A DNA stretch of 64,000 nucleotides from Octopus vulgaris (Eukaryota). Of the stretch, positions 1 through 13,140 are shown in pieces. The position numbers and the translations under genes were made by a program. The stretch's first letter is position 1; every line of letters begins with the position of its first letter. The notes beneath the pieces are model-generated. The model did not search any database. It saw only the letters and a program-made list of their open reading frames with translations, and had not been told where the DNA came from. Location: the NCBI GenBank assembly GCA_951406725.2, contig OX597822.1, positions 9,424,001 to 9,488,000 on the forward strand, given 5' to 3'.

Positions 1-38
1 AAGGCTCCTTCATTGGAATTTCAACATGAACAACAGGG

Positions 39-142
39 TATGTATGCATGTATGTACGTACGTACGTATGTATGTATGTATGTATGTATGTATGTATGTA
101 TGTATGTATGTATGGATGGATGGATGGATGGATGGATGGATG

Positions 143-204
<62 letters not shown>

Positions 205-231
205 CGGATAAATAGATAGACGGATAGATAT

Positions 232-309
<78 letters not shown>

Positions 310-340
310 GGATAAATAGATAGATAGATAGATAGATATA
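39..340. repeat. Compound microsatellite (TATG)n/(GATG)n/(GATA)n
   Basis: Directly visible tetranucleotide arrays. Confidence 0.95.
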
Positions 341-342
341 CT

Positions 343-569
343 GTCAAATATAGAGAGCGAATTTCAAATGTCAAGTCCCTTCATCAAATTAAATTACTTC
401 GCATCAATTCAAGTACAAATATTCAAACCACGAAAGCATATTATACGCTTCCATGATATTTGTATTGGTACTTGAAGTGATACAATAAATGAAGGAATCT
501 GCCGATGATGCGAAGTGATTTAATTTGATAAAGGAACTTGACCTTTGACATTCATTCTCCATTCTTGAC
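343..569. mobile_element. Imperfect long inverted repeat, MITE-like foldback element
   Basis: 351-405 (TAGAGAGCGAATTTCAAATGTCAAGTCCC...CTTCGCATC) is the approximate reverse complement of 508-561. The inner arms TTCAAGTAC...GTACTTGAA also pair. Confidence 0.6.
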
Positions 570-634
570 TATATTCTTATTGCACCTTAAGAGTGCTAAT
601 GAGTTACGCACGATTAAAGGATATCCTCTGGATA

Positions 635-1285
<651 letters not shown>

Positions 1286-1287
<2 letters not shown>

Positions 1288-1842
1288 TATGTTTGACTTT
1301 TGCTTTACATTTGCCCAAGCTGGCTTCAAGTCTCACCCAGAGACCTCAAGAGACAACAAGTTTGTTGGGGTTTGTGTTCCCACCAGTTATTATCATGGGG
1401 CAAATCCAGGTTTTTGCAAATTACCCAGTGAATATATTGTGCAGCTCTGTCATGCCTGTTGAGATACTCTGTAGGCGCAAGAAGACTGCACTTGGAGACA
1501 ACATGATCAATGGTTTCATTTTGTTGTTGACATACACGACATGTTGGGCTACTACCGTTCTTTATGTTGGCCTGGTAATTTCTTGTAGGTAGGCATTGAT
1601 CTTGAGCTGCTACGATAAACCCTTCTGTTTCAGATTTTAAGCCAGAGGCCATTAGCCATTGATGGGACAGGGCTTTGTCAACATCTGCATTATTCACTCT
1701 CTTTGGGTAATTGCCATTGAGAGGTTTTTCTTGCCATTTATCATTCAGAATATCTAAGGCAGCAGTTTTAGCACGGGTTTTCATGCGCTTAGCTTTTTCT
1801 GTGCTTGTTTCTTGTGTGTCTAATTCCGGAATTTGTTGTATT
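1286..1842 (-). mobile_element. R4/Dong-like RLE non-LTR retrotransposon 3' fragment, internally deleted, in a (TAA)n array
   Basis: ORF 1326..1784: GLKSETEGFIVAAQDQ...CRVCQQQNETIDHVVSKC...RHD...IHW (CCHC finger upstream of RLE). The 3' end runs into (AAT)n on the sense strand. Confidence 0.85.
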
Positions 1843-1853
1843 TATTATTAGTA

Positions 1854-2340
1854 ATGCCATCAAAGTGACACTGGGGTAAAATATACGAAGCCCAGTATAC
1901 CCATCATGACTACCCGTCTGATAAGGGTACACCAGGCACATGTATCACAACCATATGTGTGCGACATCGTGATCTCATATCAAGATAAACAGCGCATGAC
2001 CTTGCAGGTGGGGATCAGAGTTTTCTTCTGGTCGAATAACCCATCCCGCTCAAAAGGTCCCTGAATGAGGTCTGTTTAAAGATGATGAACGAAACACCCA
2101 TGTTTCCAAGGATGAATTATCCAAACCCCAAAGAATTCCTCACAACACATGGCTATGATGCTCCCCCACTACATCTGCCCGTGATCAGAGATGCACATGT
2201 CGTCAGCCACTAAGGGACATGCTCTACTGGTTACGGTCAAGCAACTGACAAGCAAATCTGTGATATTGAGCAGAATATTTGCTGTAGTTCATCTTTTATA
2301 CCAAGACAAAACAATGTACATGATGACACTTCCAATTAGT
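1854..2340 (-). mobile_element. (TAA)n-associated non-autonomous element (family D), copy 1
   Basis: Reverse complement of 46909-47443; flanked by TAA repeats. Confidence 0.85.
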
Positions 2341-2358
2341 TATTATTGTTGTTGTTAA

Positions 2359-2421
<63 letters not shown>

Positions 2422-2980
2422 CATTATTATTATTATTATTATTGTATGAGACGAGCCTCACAGTCTCCGACTATATAATCAATTTAGAGATTTGGTCAAC
2501 CTAGAGTTATACCTGAAGACACCTGCCCAATATGCCGTGCAATGGAACTCAACGCAAGATCACATTATTAGGAAACAAGCATCTTCGCCACAGCGGCATA
2601 TTGATGTGAGAGAAAATTAATCAGGAGACAAAAATATATTTTCTCCTTTATTTATATAAAGATATAAAAAGTCTGAATTTTTCTAAGAAAATAATAGAGC
2701 ACTGCTTCCCTTGTTTTTTGGGGGTTTTTTAAGGTTTCTTTTGCTTCTAGCTGTTAATATCTACAGAAAACAAAGGCAAAGGAAGTAGTGTTCTATCATT
2801 TCCTTAGGAAAAATCCAAGCTTTTTATATATCTTTGTAAAAATAAAGGAAATATTCATCCATCTTCTGATATTTTTTCTATCATTATTAATATCTTTCGC
2901 TCTACACCTCCAAGAACTTTTATGCACAAACACAACACGTAGACACATACAAACATGATTGTAAATAAGTATGCAAATAC

Positions 2981-3069
<89 letters not shown>

Positions 3070-3138
3070 CACTGGATAAATAAAACGAATGTTTTATACT
3101 GGTAAAGCACGGTCACTCCCACAGTGTTCGTTACGTAA

Positions 3139-3193
<55 letters not shown>

Positions 3194-3387
3194 TTAAAAT
3201 AACCACCTTGAGGGATACAAAATATCCAATGAATTACTGGTTTGTTACCTTGTATTTTGTTATGAATAGTAATAATCCTAAAATAATAGGTTTAAGTATA
3301 AATCTTCGTTTATAAATATACAAATTGAAATCCAGAAAATGGAGAAATAGCGTTAATATAATTTATTAACAGCAAAATTCCAATATG

Positions 3388-3474
3388 TTCACTTACAGCC
3401 GTTTCGATTTTGCCCAAAAGAATCTAATTCCAGTAATTAAAACATTTTATAAGACAAAATCTCGTCAGAGGAGT
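3388..3474 (-). ncRNA. Type I hammerhead-like motif in a (TA)n-flanked element (3193-3530)
   Basis: Minus strand reads CUGACGA-GAUUUUGUC...GGCAAAAUC-GAAAC-GGCU-GUA; 9-bp stem II, weak stem I. Confidence 0.7.
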
Positions 3475-3527
3475 AAAAAAGATAAATCGTTGGGTTATTA
3501 CATGTTATTCTTCCAAAACACCTCAAC

Positions 3528-3607
<80 letters not shown>

Positions 3608-3875
3608 AAGACAGACAGACAGACAGACAGAGAAAGAGGGATGGGAGAGAGAGAGAGGGGGAGAGGGATGGTAGATGATTAAACGAATTGTTTATACGTG
3701 GTAGCTTACTGTTAAAGCACGGTCACTTTCTCTGTGTTCGTTATGTATATGATTAATGAGGGACAGATGGAAGATACGAGAGTTTTCATTAATCACTACA
3801 ATTGTTTCGATACATCTAGCGTCGACCCATTACTGGTGTGATACTTAACTGGTTCATGAGCATATATTTAGGCTT

Positions 3876-4055
3876 CAAAATTTGGCACAAAGCCAGCAAT
3901 TTTGGGAGGTGTAAATCGATTACATCGACCCCAGTGCTCAACTAGTATTTATGTTATCGATCCCCGAAAGGATGAAGGGCAAAGTTGATCTCAGCTGAAA
4001 TTGAAGACGAACGAAATGCCGCAAAGCATGCCAACGATTCTGCCAGCTCGCTACC
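3876..4055 (-). mobile_element. tRNA-derived SINE family B (degenerate)
   Basis: ATCGACCCC...GAAAGGATGAA...CTGCCAGCTCGC, the reverse of copy 12912-13140. Confidence 0.75.
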
Positions 4056-4078
4056 TTATATATACAAATATATTAATA

Positions 4079-4392
4079 GGCGTAGGAGTGGCTTGCTTAC
4101 GAACCACATGGTTCCGGGTTCAGACCTACTGCGTGGTACCTTGGGCAAGTGTCTTCTGCTATAGCCTCGGGCCGACTAAAGCCTTGTGAGTGGATTTGGT
4201 TGACGGAAACTGAAAGAAGCCCGTCATATATATGTATATATATATGTGTGTGTGTGTATACGCTTGTGTGTCTATGTTTGTACCCCAACATCGCTTGACA
4301 ACCGATGCTGGTGTGTTACATCCCCGTAACTTAGCGGTTCGGCAAAAGAGACCGATAGAATAAATACTATGCTTACAAAAAATAAGTCTTGG
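4079..4392 (+). mobile_element. tRNA-derived SINE family A (CORE-like ACCTTGGGCAAGT motif)
   Basis: GGAGTGGCT...GGTTCAG head, CORE-like motif, internal (TA/TG) tract; many copies in the window. Confidence 0.85.
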
Positions 4393-4396
4393 AGTC

Positions 4397-4588
4397 TTGG
4401 ACTGCGGCCATGCTGGAGCACCGCCTTTTTAGTCGAGCAAATCGACCCCGGGACTTATTCTTTGTAAGACCAGTACTTATTCTATCGGTCTCTTTTTGCC
4501 GAACCGCTAAGTGACGGGGACATAAACACACCAGCATCGGTTGTCAAGCAATGCTAAGGGGACAAACACAGAGACACAAAGACACACA

Positions 4589-4640
<52 letters not shown>

Positions 4641-4811
4641 TATATACGACGGGCTTCTTTTAGTTTCCGTCTACCAAATCCACACACATGGCTTTGGTCG
4701 GCCCGGAACTATAGTAAAAAACACTTGCCCAAGGTGCCATGCAGTGGGACTGAACCCGGAACCATGTGGTTGGTAAAGAAGCTACTTACCACACAGCCAC
4801 TCCTGCGCCTA
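4397..4811 (-). mobile_element. SINE family A, tail-to-tail with the previous copy
   Basis: Reverse complement of 61720-62120. Confidence 0.9.
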
Positions 4812-5183
4812 TATAATATAATATTTATGTGAATGCTTATATGTATATACACGTATGTATGCAGGTATTTATGTATACATGTGTATGCGTGCACGCACGT
4901 ATGTGTGTATGTGTGTGTCTATGAACACTTCATTTTTTTTTATCTGAGATACTACATGAAACTAGTTCAATGCAAAAAGTGCAAATAACGGCAGGTGTGT
5001 CCAACTCACTGATTCACCAGAACCAAACTCGGAATAAGGGCCATGGAAGTGAAATGAAATAAACTTGCAATCACACAATTGGCGGTTTTCCAGCATGGCC
5101 ACAGCCCCTGGAGGATACATGGAGATGTAAACAATGTATGCACATACATACACCCACACACACACACATATATACATACATAT

Positions 5184-5232
<49 letters not shown>

Positions 5233-5249
5233 CATATATATATAAAGAC

Positions 5250-5341
<92 letters not shown>

Positions 5342-5650
5342 TCACATATGCATAATTGCGTGTGCGCGTGCGCGTGTATGGTGTCTGCGCGTGAGTGTAT
5401 TTGACAATATCTGTGCATAATCTTCAAAGGCAAAGAATTTATATATAATCAATATAAGAAAAAATTATATTTGAAAATGGCACTGGAGAGAAATATCTAT
5501 AAACTTGTAGAATGCTTTTTTTAGCTTTTTCTTTTTCATTTTTATTTTTCATTTTTTTAAAGATTTTTTTTTTTTTTACGTTATTGTTTTTTGGGAAAAG
5601 TTCCAGCTTGGAATTTCTTTTGTAATCAACGGAAAGGTGTTGTAGAGAGG

Positions 5651-5688
<38 letters not shown>

Positions 5689-5704
5689 AAGAAAGAAAGA
5701 ATGA

Positions 5705-5763
<59 letters not shown>

Positions 5764-6170
5764 GAGGAAAGAAAGAAAGTGGCAAAGTAAATGAGAGAAA
5801 TTAAGAAAGGAATACAGAGACAACGAAATGGGGAGAGAGAGAGAGAGAGAGTAAAGAGAAAAAGAGAGAGAAACTATACAGGCAAGAGAAAAGGTACATG
5901 ACGAAGCAAGACAAATATGAGGGAGAGAGAGATATATATTGATAAAGACAGAGAGATATATTGATAGAGAGATAGCGGGACAATTGATAAGGAGACTGGG
6001 ATATATTGATAGATTGAGGAAGAGAATGAGAGAGAGAGAGAGGAGGAGGGGGAGGAGGAGGAGGAGAGAAACAAAATAATAAGTTTTGGAGAAAGCCAAG
6101 ATATTCAAAGACTTTTTTTATACATTCTTCTATGAAATAGTTTTCAAACTGACAGTTGTCTTTGGACGTT

Positions 6171-6184
6171 GTTGCTATGGTAAC
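6171..6184. promoter_or_regulatory. RFX X-box (GTTGCTATGGTAAC)
   Basis: Matches the palindromic X-box consensus GTTNCYATGGNAAC; lies in non-repetitive sequence. Confidence 0.5.
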
Positions 6185-6662
6185 GGTTCTCCGTGAAGGC
6201 TACTAACCATTCTTTAAATGTAATCTTGTTTCAGCACACAAGCCGATGGTTTTACAATAGAAATTTCAAGCTCTTGTGGTTTCCTTTGCCGAATAGTTAA
6301 ATGTGGATCGTATTTCATCGGCGTCGGTGAGTTGCTCTTGTTTTACTTCAGTGTCTATCGTAACAGATTAAATTTTCCGAATACCTACATGTGTTGTATA
6401 CTCGAAATGAGACAACTTGGCGTAGCTGTTTGAGCGCAGGCGCTTCGGAGCAGCTGACTGGACGTTACAGTATGTTTTGGCAACAGTACCTTTTGGCACT
6501 GGAAGCAAATATATATATGCACATGCGCAATAATATACACATACAGATAAAAAAAAGTGAGAGGGAGAGTGAAGAAGAGAGAAAGAGAATGAGAGGAGAA
6601 GAGAGACACGTTACAGTTTATTAATTGAACTAGAATGACATAAACACTTTTCCTCTCCTCAG

Positions 6663-6862
6663 ACACATGAAGAGAAATGTGCAGAAACGGATAAGCATTT
6701 GTGCAGGTCGTTCCGCAAAATATTGCAGATCCGTCTTTCTCGGACTACGAGAGACAACCGGACCAAACTGAACAGACCAGCTGTTAAGAAACTCGCGAAA
6801 TCATTCGAAGCCACTACATGTCTGTTAACACTATCAGAGGCGTAGCCGGGTCCTAAAGTTAG
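6663..6862 (+). other. Candidate non-coding or 5'UTR exon
   Basis: Polypyrimidine acceptor TTTTCCTCTCCTCAG and donor AG|GTGAGA; all three frames contain stops. Confidence 0.3.
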
Positions 6863-6923
6863 GTGAGAGAGCACAAAATAGGAAGTGCCGTAATAATACG
6901 TACCAAACAATTTTTAACTCATA

Positions 6924-7223
6924 TCTTTATATATAAAACTAAAGTTGTGTGTGTGTCTGTCTACTCCGATTTAGATTCCTAACTACTTCCACATTTTGCT
7001 GTGCAGTTTAACCAAAAGCGGGTATCTTATAGTCGTGATTCATATCGAGCCCTTCTGGGTAATAGCACGCGTCTACGATGAGTCTACGATTTAAAAAAAA
7101 TTACCATCATTTTTCCGCATTTTTAATGATTTTTGCTCGGATTATATAAGGGAAGTAACTCTCTAAAAATGCTTATATAGTTATTTCCTTACAAACCCGA
7201 GCAGCGCCGGGCGATACTGCTAG
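6924..7223 (+). mobile_element. Non-autonomous Helitron-like element, copy 1
   Basis: A|TC 5' start, subterminal hairpin CCCGAGCAGCGCCGGG, CTAG|T 3' end; further copies at 48502 and 57827. Confidence 0.85.
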
Positions 7224-7299
7224 TCTCTTATAAAATAAATGCGGCCTTTTTAAAGCCTAGCCAGGCTCATGTTGCTTATTTTGAGTATATATATATATT

Positions 7300-7377
<78 letters not shown>

Positions 7378-7438
7378 AGGGGGTATACACACACAAGTAG
7401 TAATGGATCCTCGACGATGAGGAATGTTGCTTGATCAA

Positions 7439-7578
7439 CTGAATATCCCCGAGAACTACGTTAAGGGTACACGTGTCTGTGGAGTGCTCAGCCACTTACA
7501 CGTTAATTTCACGAGCAGGCTGTTCCGTTGATCGGATCAACTGGAACCCTCGTCGTCGTAACCGACGGAGTGCTTCCA
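7439..7578 (+). mobile_element. SINE family C 3' fragment
   Basis: Matches the 3' part of 62583-62939 (...GTAACCGACGGAGTGCTTCCA). Confidence 0.8.
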
Positions 7579-7796
7579 CTTAACCATTTGTCCGTTCTGC
7601 GAATACAGATAATAATAATAATAATAATAATATATTAAATGGTCACGATGTGGTGAGTTTTGATAAATGCTGATTAACTATAAAACATTTACGTCCCTTA
7701 TATTTAGTGGAACTACAGTAAAAGTAAGGGGCGACTAAGAAATTGCAGGTAAATCTTTGTATTTTGGTCTTATGTCTGCGTATATTTGTTTGTGTG

Positions 7797-8101
7797 GAGG
7801 CGCAATGGCCCAGTGGTAAAGGCAGCGGACTCGCGGTCGGAGGATTGCAGTTTCGATTCTCAGACCGAGTGTTGTGTGTGTTTTTTGAGCGAAAACACCT
7901 AAAGTTCCACGAGGCTCCGGCAGGGATGGGGGGGGAGGCGACCCCTGTTGTACTCTTTCGCCCCAACTTTCTCTCACTCTTTCTTCCTGTTTCTTGAGTA
8001 ACGCTGCGATGGACTGGCGTCCCGTCCAGCTGGGGAGAACACATACGCCATAGAAACCGGGAAACCGGGCCCATGAGCCTGGCTAAGCTTGAAAAGGGCG
8101 C
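7797..8101 (+). mobile_element. tRNA-derived SINE family C, variant with alternative 3' half
   Basis: A box TGGCCCAGTGG and B-box-like GTTTCGATTC; 3' half GCGATGGACTGGCGTCCCGTCCAG resembles the V-SINE domain. Confidence 0.8.
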
Positions 8102-8774
8102 AAGAAGAAGATATTTGTTTGGATGTGTGTGCATTTGTTTAGGTACGTGTCGTTGTGTGTGTGTGTGTGTGTGTATTTGTGTGTATGTGTGTGTGGTATT
8201 TATGTTGTTCAGAGTGATGATTGGTTAAAATTTTCTGATCTCTCTTGCGTGGTGGCTAATACGAAGGTAGGCGTTCAATTTGAAAGATGACTGGGGTGGG
8301 ATTGGGTCTAGTTTGTTGTTTGAAGTCAGGTTGCTAGGTTATAATTAGTAGATTAAAGTTATTGCATTGTTATTTCTGGTGAATGACTTTAAAAAAAGCG
8401 GAAAAAGTAATTTTTCTGACTGAAGATAACATAAGATTTTATGAATAATTCAATGCTGTACCAAATTATCTTCTTTGACAGAAATATTTTAGAATTTAAT
8501 TTTCTATATGTTAGTATACTAGTACGCAATGATGAAGAGACAGCATCCCTATTTGGATTGTATTTTTAATTGAAGAAAAACAGTTAAATGGCTTTTTCAC
8601 GAGATCGAAAACTGGAAGTACAGTAAACTTTGAAACGTTCTGAGTTTTTGTTAAAAACAATTTTGTCGTTATTTTTTCTTGTATTTTGAAATATATTTCA
8701 AAAGCCTTGATGGAGTGGGTGTTAATCTGATTACTGCCCTGAAAATTATACAGCTAATTTAGTATAAAATGGTT

Positions 8775-9668
8775 CCAAATTTTGGTACATGGTCAGCGAC
8801 TTTGGGGGAGTGGGTAAGACGATTACATCGATCCTTGTGTACAACTGGTACTTATTTTATCGACCCTGAAAGAAAGGAAGGCAAAGACGACTTCGGCGGA
8901 ATTTGAACTCTGAACGTAAAGACGGACGAAATACCTATTTCTTTACTACCCACAAGGGGCCAAACACAGAGGGGACTAACAAGGACAGACAAACGGATTA
9001 AGTCGATTATATCAACCCCAGTGCGTAACTGGTTCTTATTTAATCGACCTCGAAATGATGAAAAGCAAAGTCGATTCCGGCGGCATTTTGAACTAAGTAC
9101 ATGAAGACAGATGAAATACCTATTTCTTTACTACCCACAAGGGGCTAAACACAGAGAGGACAAACAAGGACAGACAAACGGATTAAGTTGATTATATCGA
9201 CCCCTGTACGTAACTGGTACTTATTTAGTCGACCCCGAAAGGATGAAAGGCAAAATCGACCTCGGTGGAATTTGAGCTCAGAACGTAGCGGCAGACGAAA
9301 TACCTATTTCTTTACTACCCACAAGGGGCTAAACACAGAGAGGACAAACAAGGACAAACAAACGGATTAAGTCGATTACATCGACCCTAGTGCGTAACTG
9401 GTACTTAATTTATCGACCCTGGAAGGATGAAAGGCAAAGTCGACCTCGGCGGAATTTGAACTCAGAACGTAACTTTTTCTACTATAGGCACAAGACCTGA
9501 TATTTTGGGGGAAGGGGTAAGTCGATCACATCGACCCCAGTACTCAACTGGTACTTAATTTATCGACCTCGAAAGGATGAAAGGCAAAGTCGACCTCAGC
9601 AGAATTTGAACTCAGAACGTAACGGCAGACGAATTACGGCGTGCTAACATTTCTGCCAGCTTGCCGTA
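8775..9668 (-). repeat. Tandem array of SINE family B-derived units (about 185 bp)
   Basis: Repeated GTCGATTATATCGACCCC...GAAAGGATGAAAGGCAAAGTCGAC...ACCCACAAGGGGCTAAACACAGAG, three full units plus partials. Confidence 0.9.
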
Positions 9669-9744
9669 AAAGGTGAAATAAAATGAAGGAAAACAGAAAC
9701 CACAACACAAGTGCTCTCTCGCACTCACGTTGCCACACGATCAC

Positions 9745-9890
9745 ATTCACTTACTCACACTTTCACTCATTCACTCACTCTCTTACTCACTCACTCACAC
9801 GTTCATTCATTCACTCACTCTCTTACTCACTCACTCACACGTTCATTCATTCACTCACTCTCTTACTCACTCATTCACTTACACGCATTC
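9745..9890. repeat. About 40-bp (CACT/CATT)-based minisatellite
   Basis: CTCACTCACTCACACGTTCATTCATTCACTCACTCTCTTA repeated. Confidence 0.85.
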
Positions 9891-10619
9891 CAGAGAATAC
9901 GCGTAAATGCAACAACGAAAGCTTGGAGAACTGGAATATCAAGGCCATGTCATTGGTGAAGGGGCTTATGGCGAGGAAAGGACTTTAGCAAACAAATTAA
10001 TTGATTGATTGAAGGATTAATCAAGTAATCGATTAGATAATTAGTTTATTGGTTAATTAGTTAACTAATTATGATAAAAAGAGGTGAAATGAAACCAGGG
10101 CGTATTTTGTTGTTTTTATTTTTGTTTTTTGCTTTTTCTTTTTGTTATTGTTTTCTGGGGGTTTTTTTTTGGCTTTTGTTTTTTGATTTTTTGGGCAAAA
10201 TAATTCTCCTAAAAAACAACAGGTAAATAATTTGTCTAATTTCGGCACAAGGTGGACATTTTGAGGAGCGGAAGTTAGATGATACCAAAGATTCCAGTAC
10301 TTGACAGAAACTTTATTTTATCGACCCAAGAAGATTGAAAGAACAAGTTGACCTTGGTAGGGTTTGAATGTAGAATGTACAGAGCCAGAAGAAATACCGT
10401 CAGGTACTTTTATCCGACGCTCTACCAATCCCTCGCTCTCTTTATTTCTAATGTAAGCCCAAGGTCACCAATTTTGAGAGGTGAAGAGATTGGTTGATTG
10501 TATTGACGGGTATTATATTTTATCAACCATCTAGTGATGAGCGGCAAAGCTGACCGTGGTTGAACGAATAACATTAAGGCATTTTTCCCAACTTTGCGTT
10601 TTTTATTTTGAGGTTGTCT

Positions 10620-11240
10620 TGTTCCAAAAGTCATTCACTCGCGGCTCGTCGAAGATGGAAACTGCACTAAGACTCCAAGATATGTTTAAGTGGTTGACTA
10701 AGCTGATTCAGCAATATTCGAGACATGAACTTATCATCTGATGATAATAAAGAAATTTCTTTGGAGATTCCATAAACCACATACTCATCCCATTTTATGG
10801 GAGTCGCAATATCGATGATTCGAAAGTCACTAGAAACAAATCGTTTTTCCCATACTCCTAGAATCAGTGAAAACTGATGAGCTTTCAAGGAACTTCCTCC
10901 TTCGTTTTATAATTATGCAACAACGGAATCATGATCAAGAGTATTGTTCCTTGCGATATGGAGTTGCTGATGTCCACAGCTGCTAAGAAAGGATGGACAT
11001 GATGATCATCAGAGGCAGTTGGTAGTCGGTTCAGTAGTTTGTTGAAGTGTTCAGTCCAACTGTTCGGAATAGTTTCGTCACCTATCAAAATACTGGTGCA
11101 TTAAGCTTTCATCGGGGCTGTTACAGTGTTTGATAGGTTCACAAGTGGCACGGATAACTAAGTAGAAGCCTCATACTTGACGTTGGTCAGCAGAGCTTTG
11201 GAGATCATTGACCTTCACTTGTAATCGTTTTCAGTTATAC
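10620..11240 (-). mobile_element. Decayed RTE-clade LINE fragment (region upstream of RT)
   Basis: WTEHFNKLLNR and W...SDF...ISLLSSDDKFMSRILLNQL resemble the RTE YRGISLLS..K..SRILLNRL region. Confidence 0.65.
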
Positions 11241-11377
11241 AGATTTGTATTTAAACTTCCGTTTTATGATATCGATAACCGTGTTTCTTGATTGTGGAAC
11301 ATATATACATACATACATATATATATATATAAGAGAAATATGTTTTAAAAAAATAGAAACTACACGTGGAAAAGATA

Positions 11378-11746
<369 letters not shown>

Positions 11747-12009
11747 ATACATAAACGTGTGTGTGTGTGTGTATGCACGTAGACAAACATGTATGTATGT
11801 TTGTATGTATTAGGGCAACGGCACCGAATGGTTGCTACAGCTTCAACCAACACTGCTTATACTACTCCAAAATTTCAAAACACTACGGCAACAACATACA
11901 CCATTTATAAAACATAGATTATACACCGCCAACGCAAAGGCCAACATCAACTATGGCCCAACTCCAACATATTCTGTCTATCCCACACTGTTAATATATT
12001 CTGCTTCTT

Positions 12010-12510
12010 AAGGCGGCGAGCTGGCAGAATCGTTACCACGCTGGGCAAAAGGCTTAGCGACATTTCATCCATCTTTACGTTCTGAGTTCAAATACCACCG
12101 AGGTTGACCTTGCCTTTCATCCTTTTGGGGTTGAGAAAATAAGTGCCAGATGAGCACTGGGATTGATACAATTGACTTACCCGCCACTTCACCAAAATTG
12201 TTGGTCTTCTGGCAAAATTTGAAACCAATATTACCGGAGATCAATTATTTTATTGTTGATATCCAGACAAAATTTGAAACCAGTTTAGATTAATAATGCG
12301 ACAAGCTAGAAGAACCGTTAGCACGCCGGGCAAAATTCTTTGCGGTATTTCGTTCATCTCTACGTTCTAAGTTCAAATTCCGTCGAAGTTGACTTTGCTT
12401 TTCATCCTTTCGGGGTTGATAAAATGAAATACTAGTTGAGCACTGGAATCGATGCAATCGTTTTACCCACTTCCTTGAAATTGCTGGCCTTGTGCCAAAA
12501 TTTGAAACCA
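12010..12510 (+). mobile_element. Two degenerate SINE family B copies
   Basis: GGCGGCGAGCTGGCAGAA head, GAGTTCAAAT B box, CTTTCATCCTTT.GGGGT.GA core. Confidence 0.8.
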
Positions 12511-12828
12511 GTATATGAGTATACTACTAACATCAGAACTATAATATACGCTGAAACTCCAGTCGACAATTTTCGGTGGGAAATGGCAGTGAATCTAGCA
12601 GAACGCTGCCAGAATGCTACAATTCACGAAGTGCAGCCTTCTAGACTCATATATGTGAGTGTGTGAGCGTGTGTTTGTATTATCTGTAAGTGCTATACAT
12701 ATATCCAATTGATCTAATTTGAAATTCCAAAGTAAAATGATGAATTACCCATTATTTTGTAAATTGGTGCGCTAAAAGATGTAAATGGCAATATCAATGG
12801 CGTCAGAATCAGTTGGTGTCACTGACTA

Positions 12829-12867
<39 letters not shown>

Positions 12868-12911
12868 ACGTGCTTATATGTATGTGTGTATATATATGTG
12901 TGTGTGTTATA

Positions 12912-13140
12912 AGGGCGGCGAGCTGGCAGAAACGTTAGCGTGCCGGGCAAAGTGCCTAGCCGTATTTCGTCTGTCGTTACATTCTGAGTTCAAATTCCGC
13001 CGAGGTCGACTTTGCTTTTCATCCTTTCGGGGTCGATAAATTAAGTACCAGTTTCGCACTGGGGTCGATGTAATCGACTTAATCCCTTTGTCTGTCTTTG
13101 TTTGTCCCCTCTGTGTGTAGCCCCTTGTGGGTAGTAAAAA
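12912..13140 (+). mobile_element. tRNA-derived SINE family B, full length
   Basis: GGCGGCGAGCTGGCAGAAACGTTAG...GAGTTCAAATTCC...TTTCATCCTTTCGGGGTCGATAAATTAAGTACCAG; close to 57058-57285. Confidence 0.9.

Noticed and set aside
4551-4832. Recurrent ORF MLGGQTQ...RHLPKVPRSGTEPGTMW in several places
   Set aside because: Antisense reading of SINE family A, not a gene family
8775-9668. Regular repeats superficially like a CRISPR array
   Set aside because: Units are whole SINE-derived repeats without unique spacers; eukaryotic context with no cas genes
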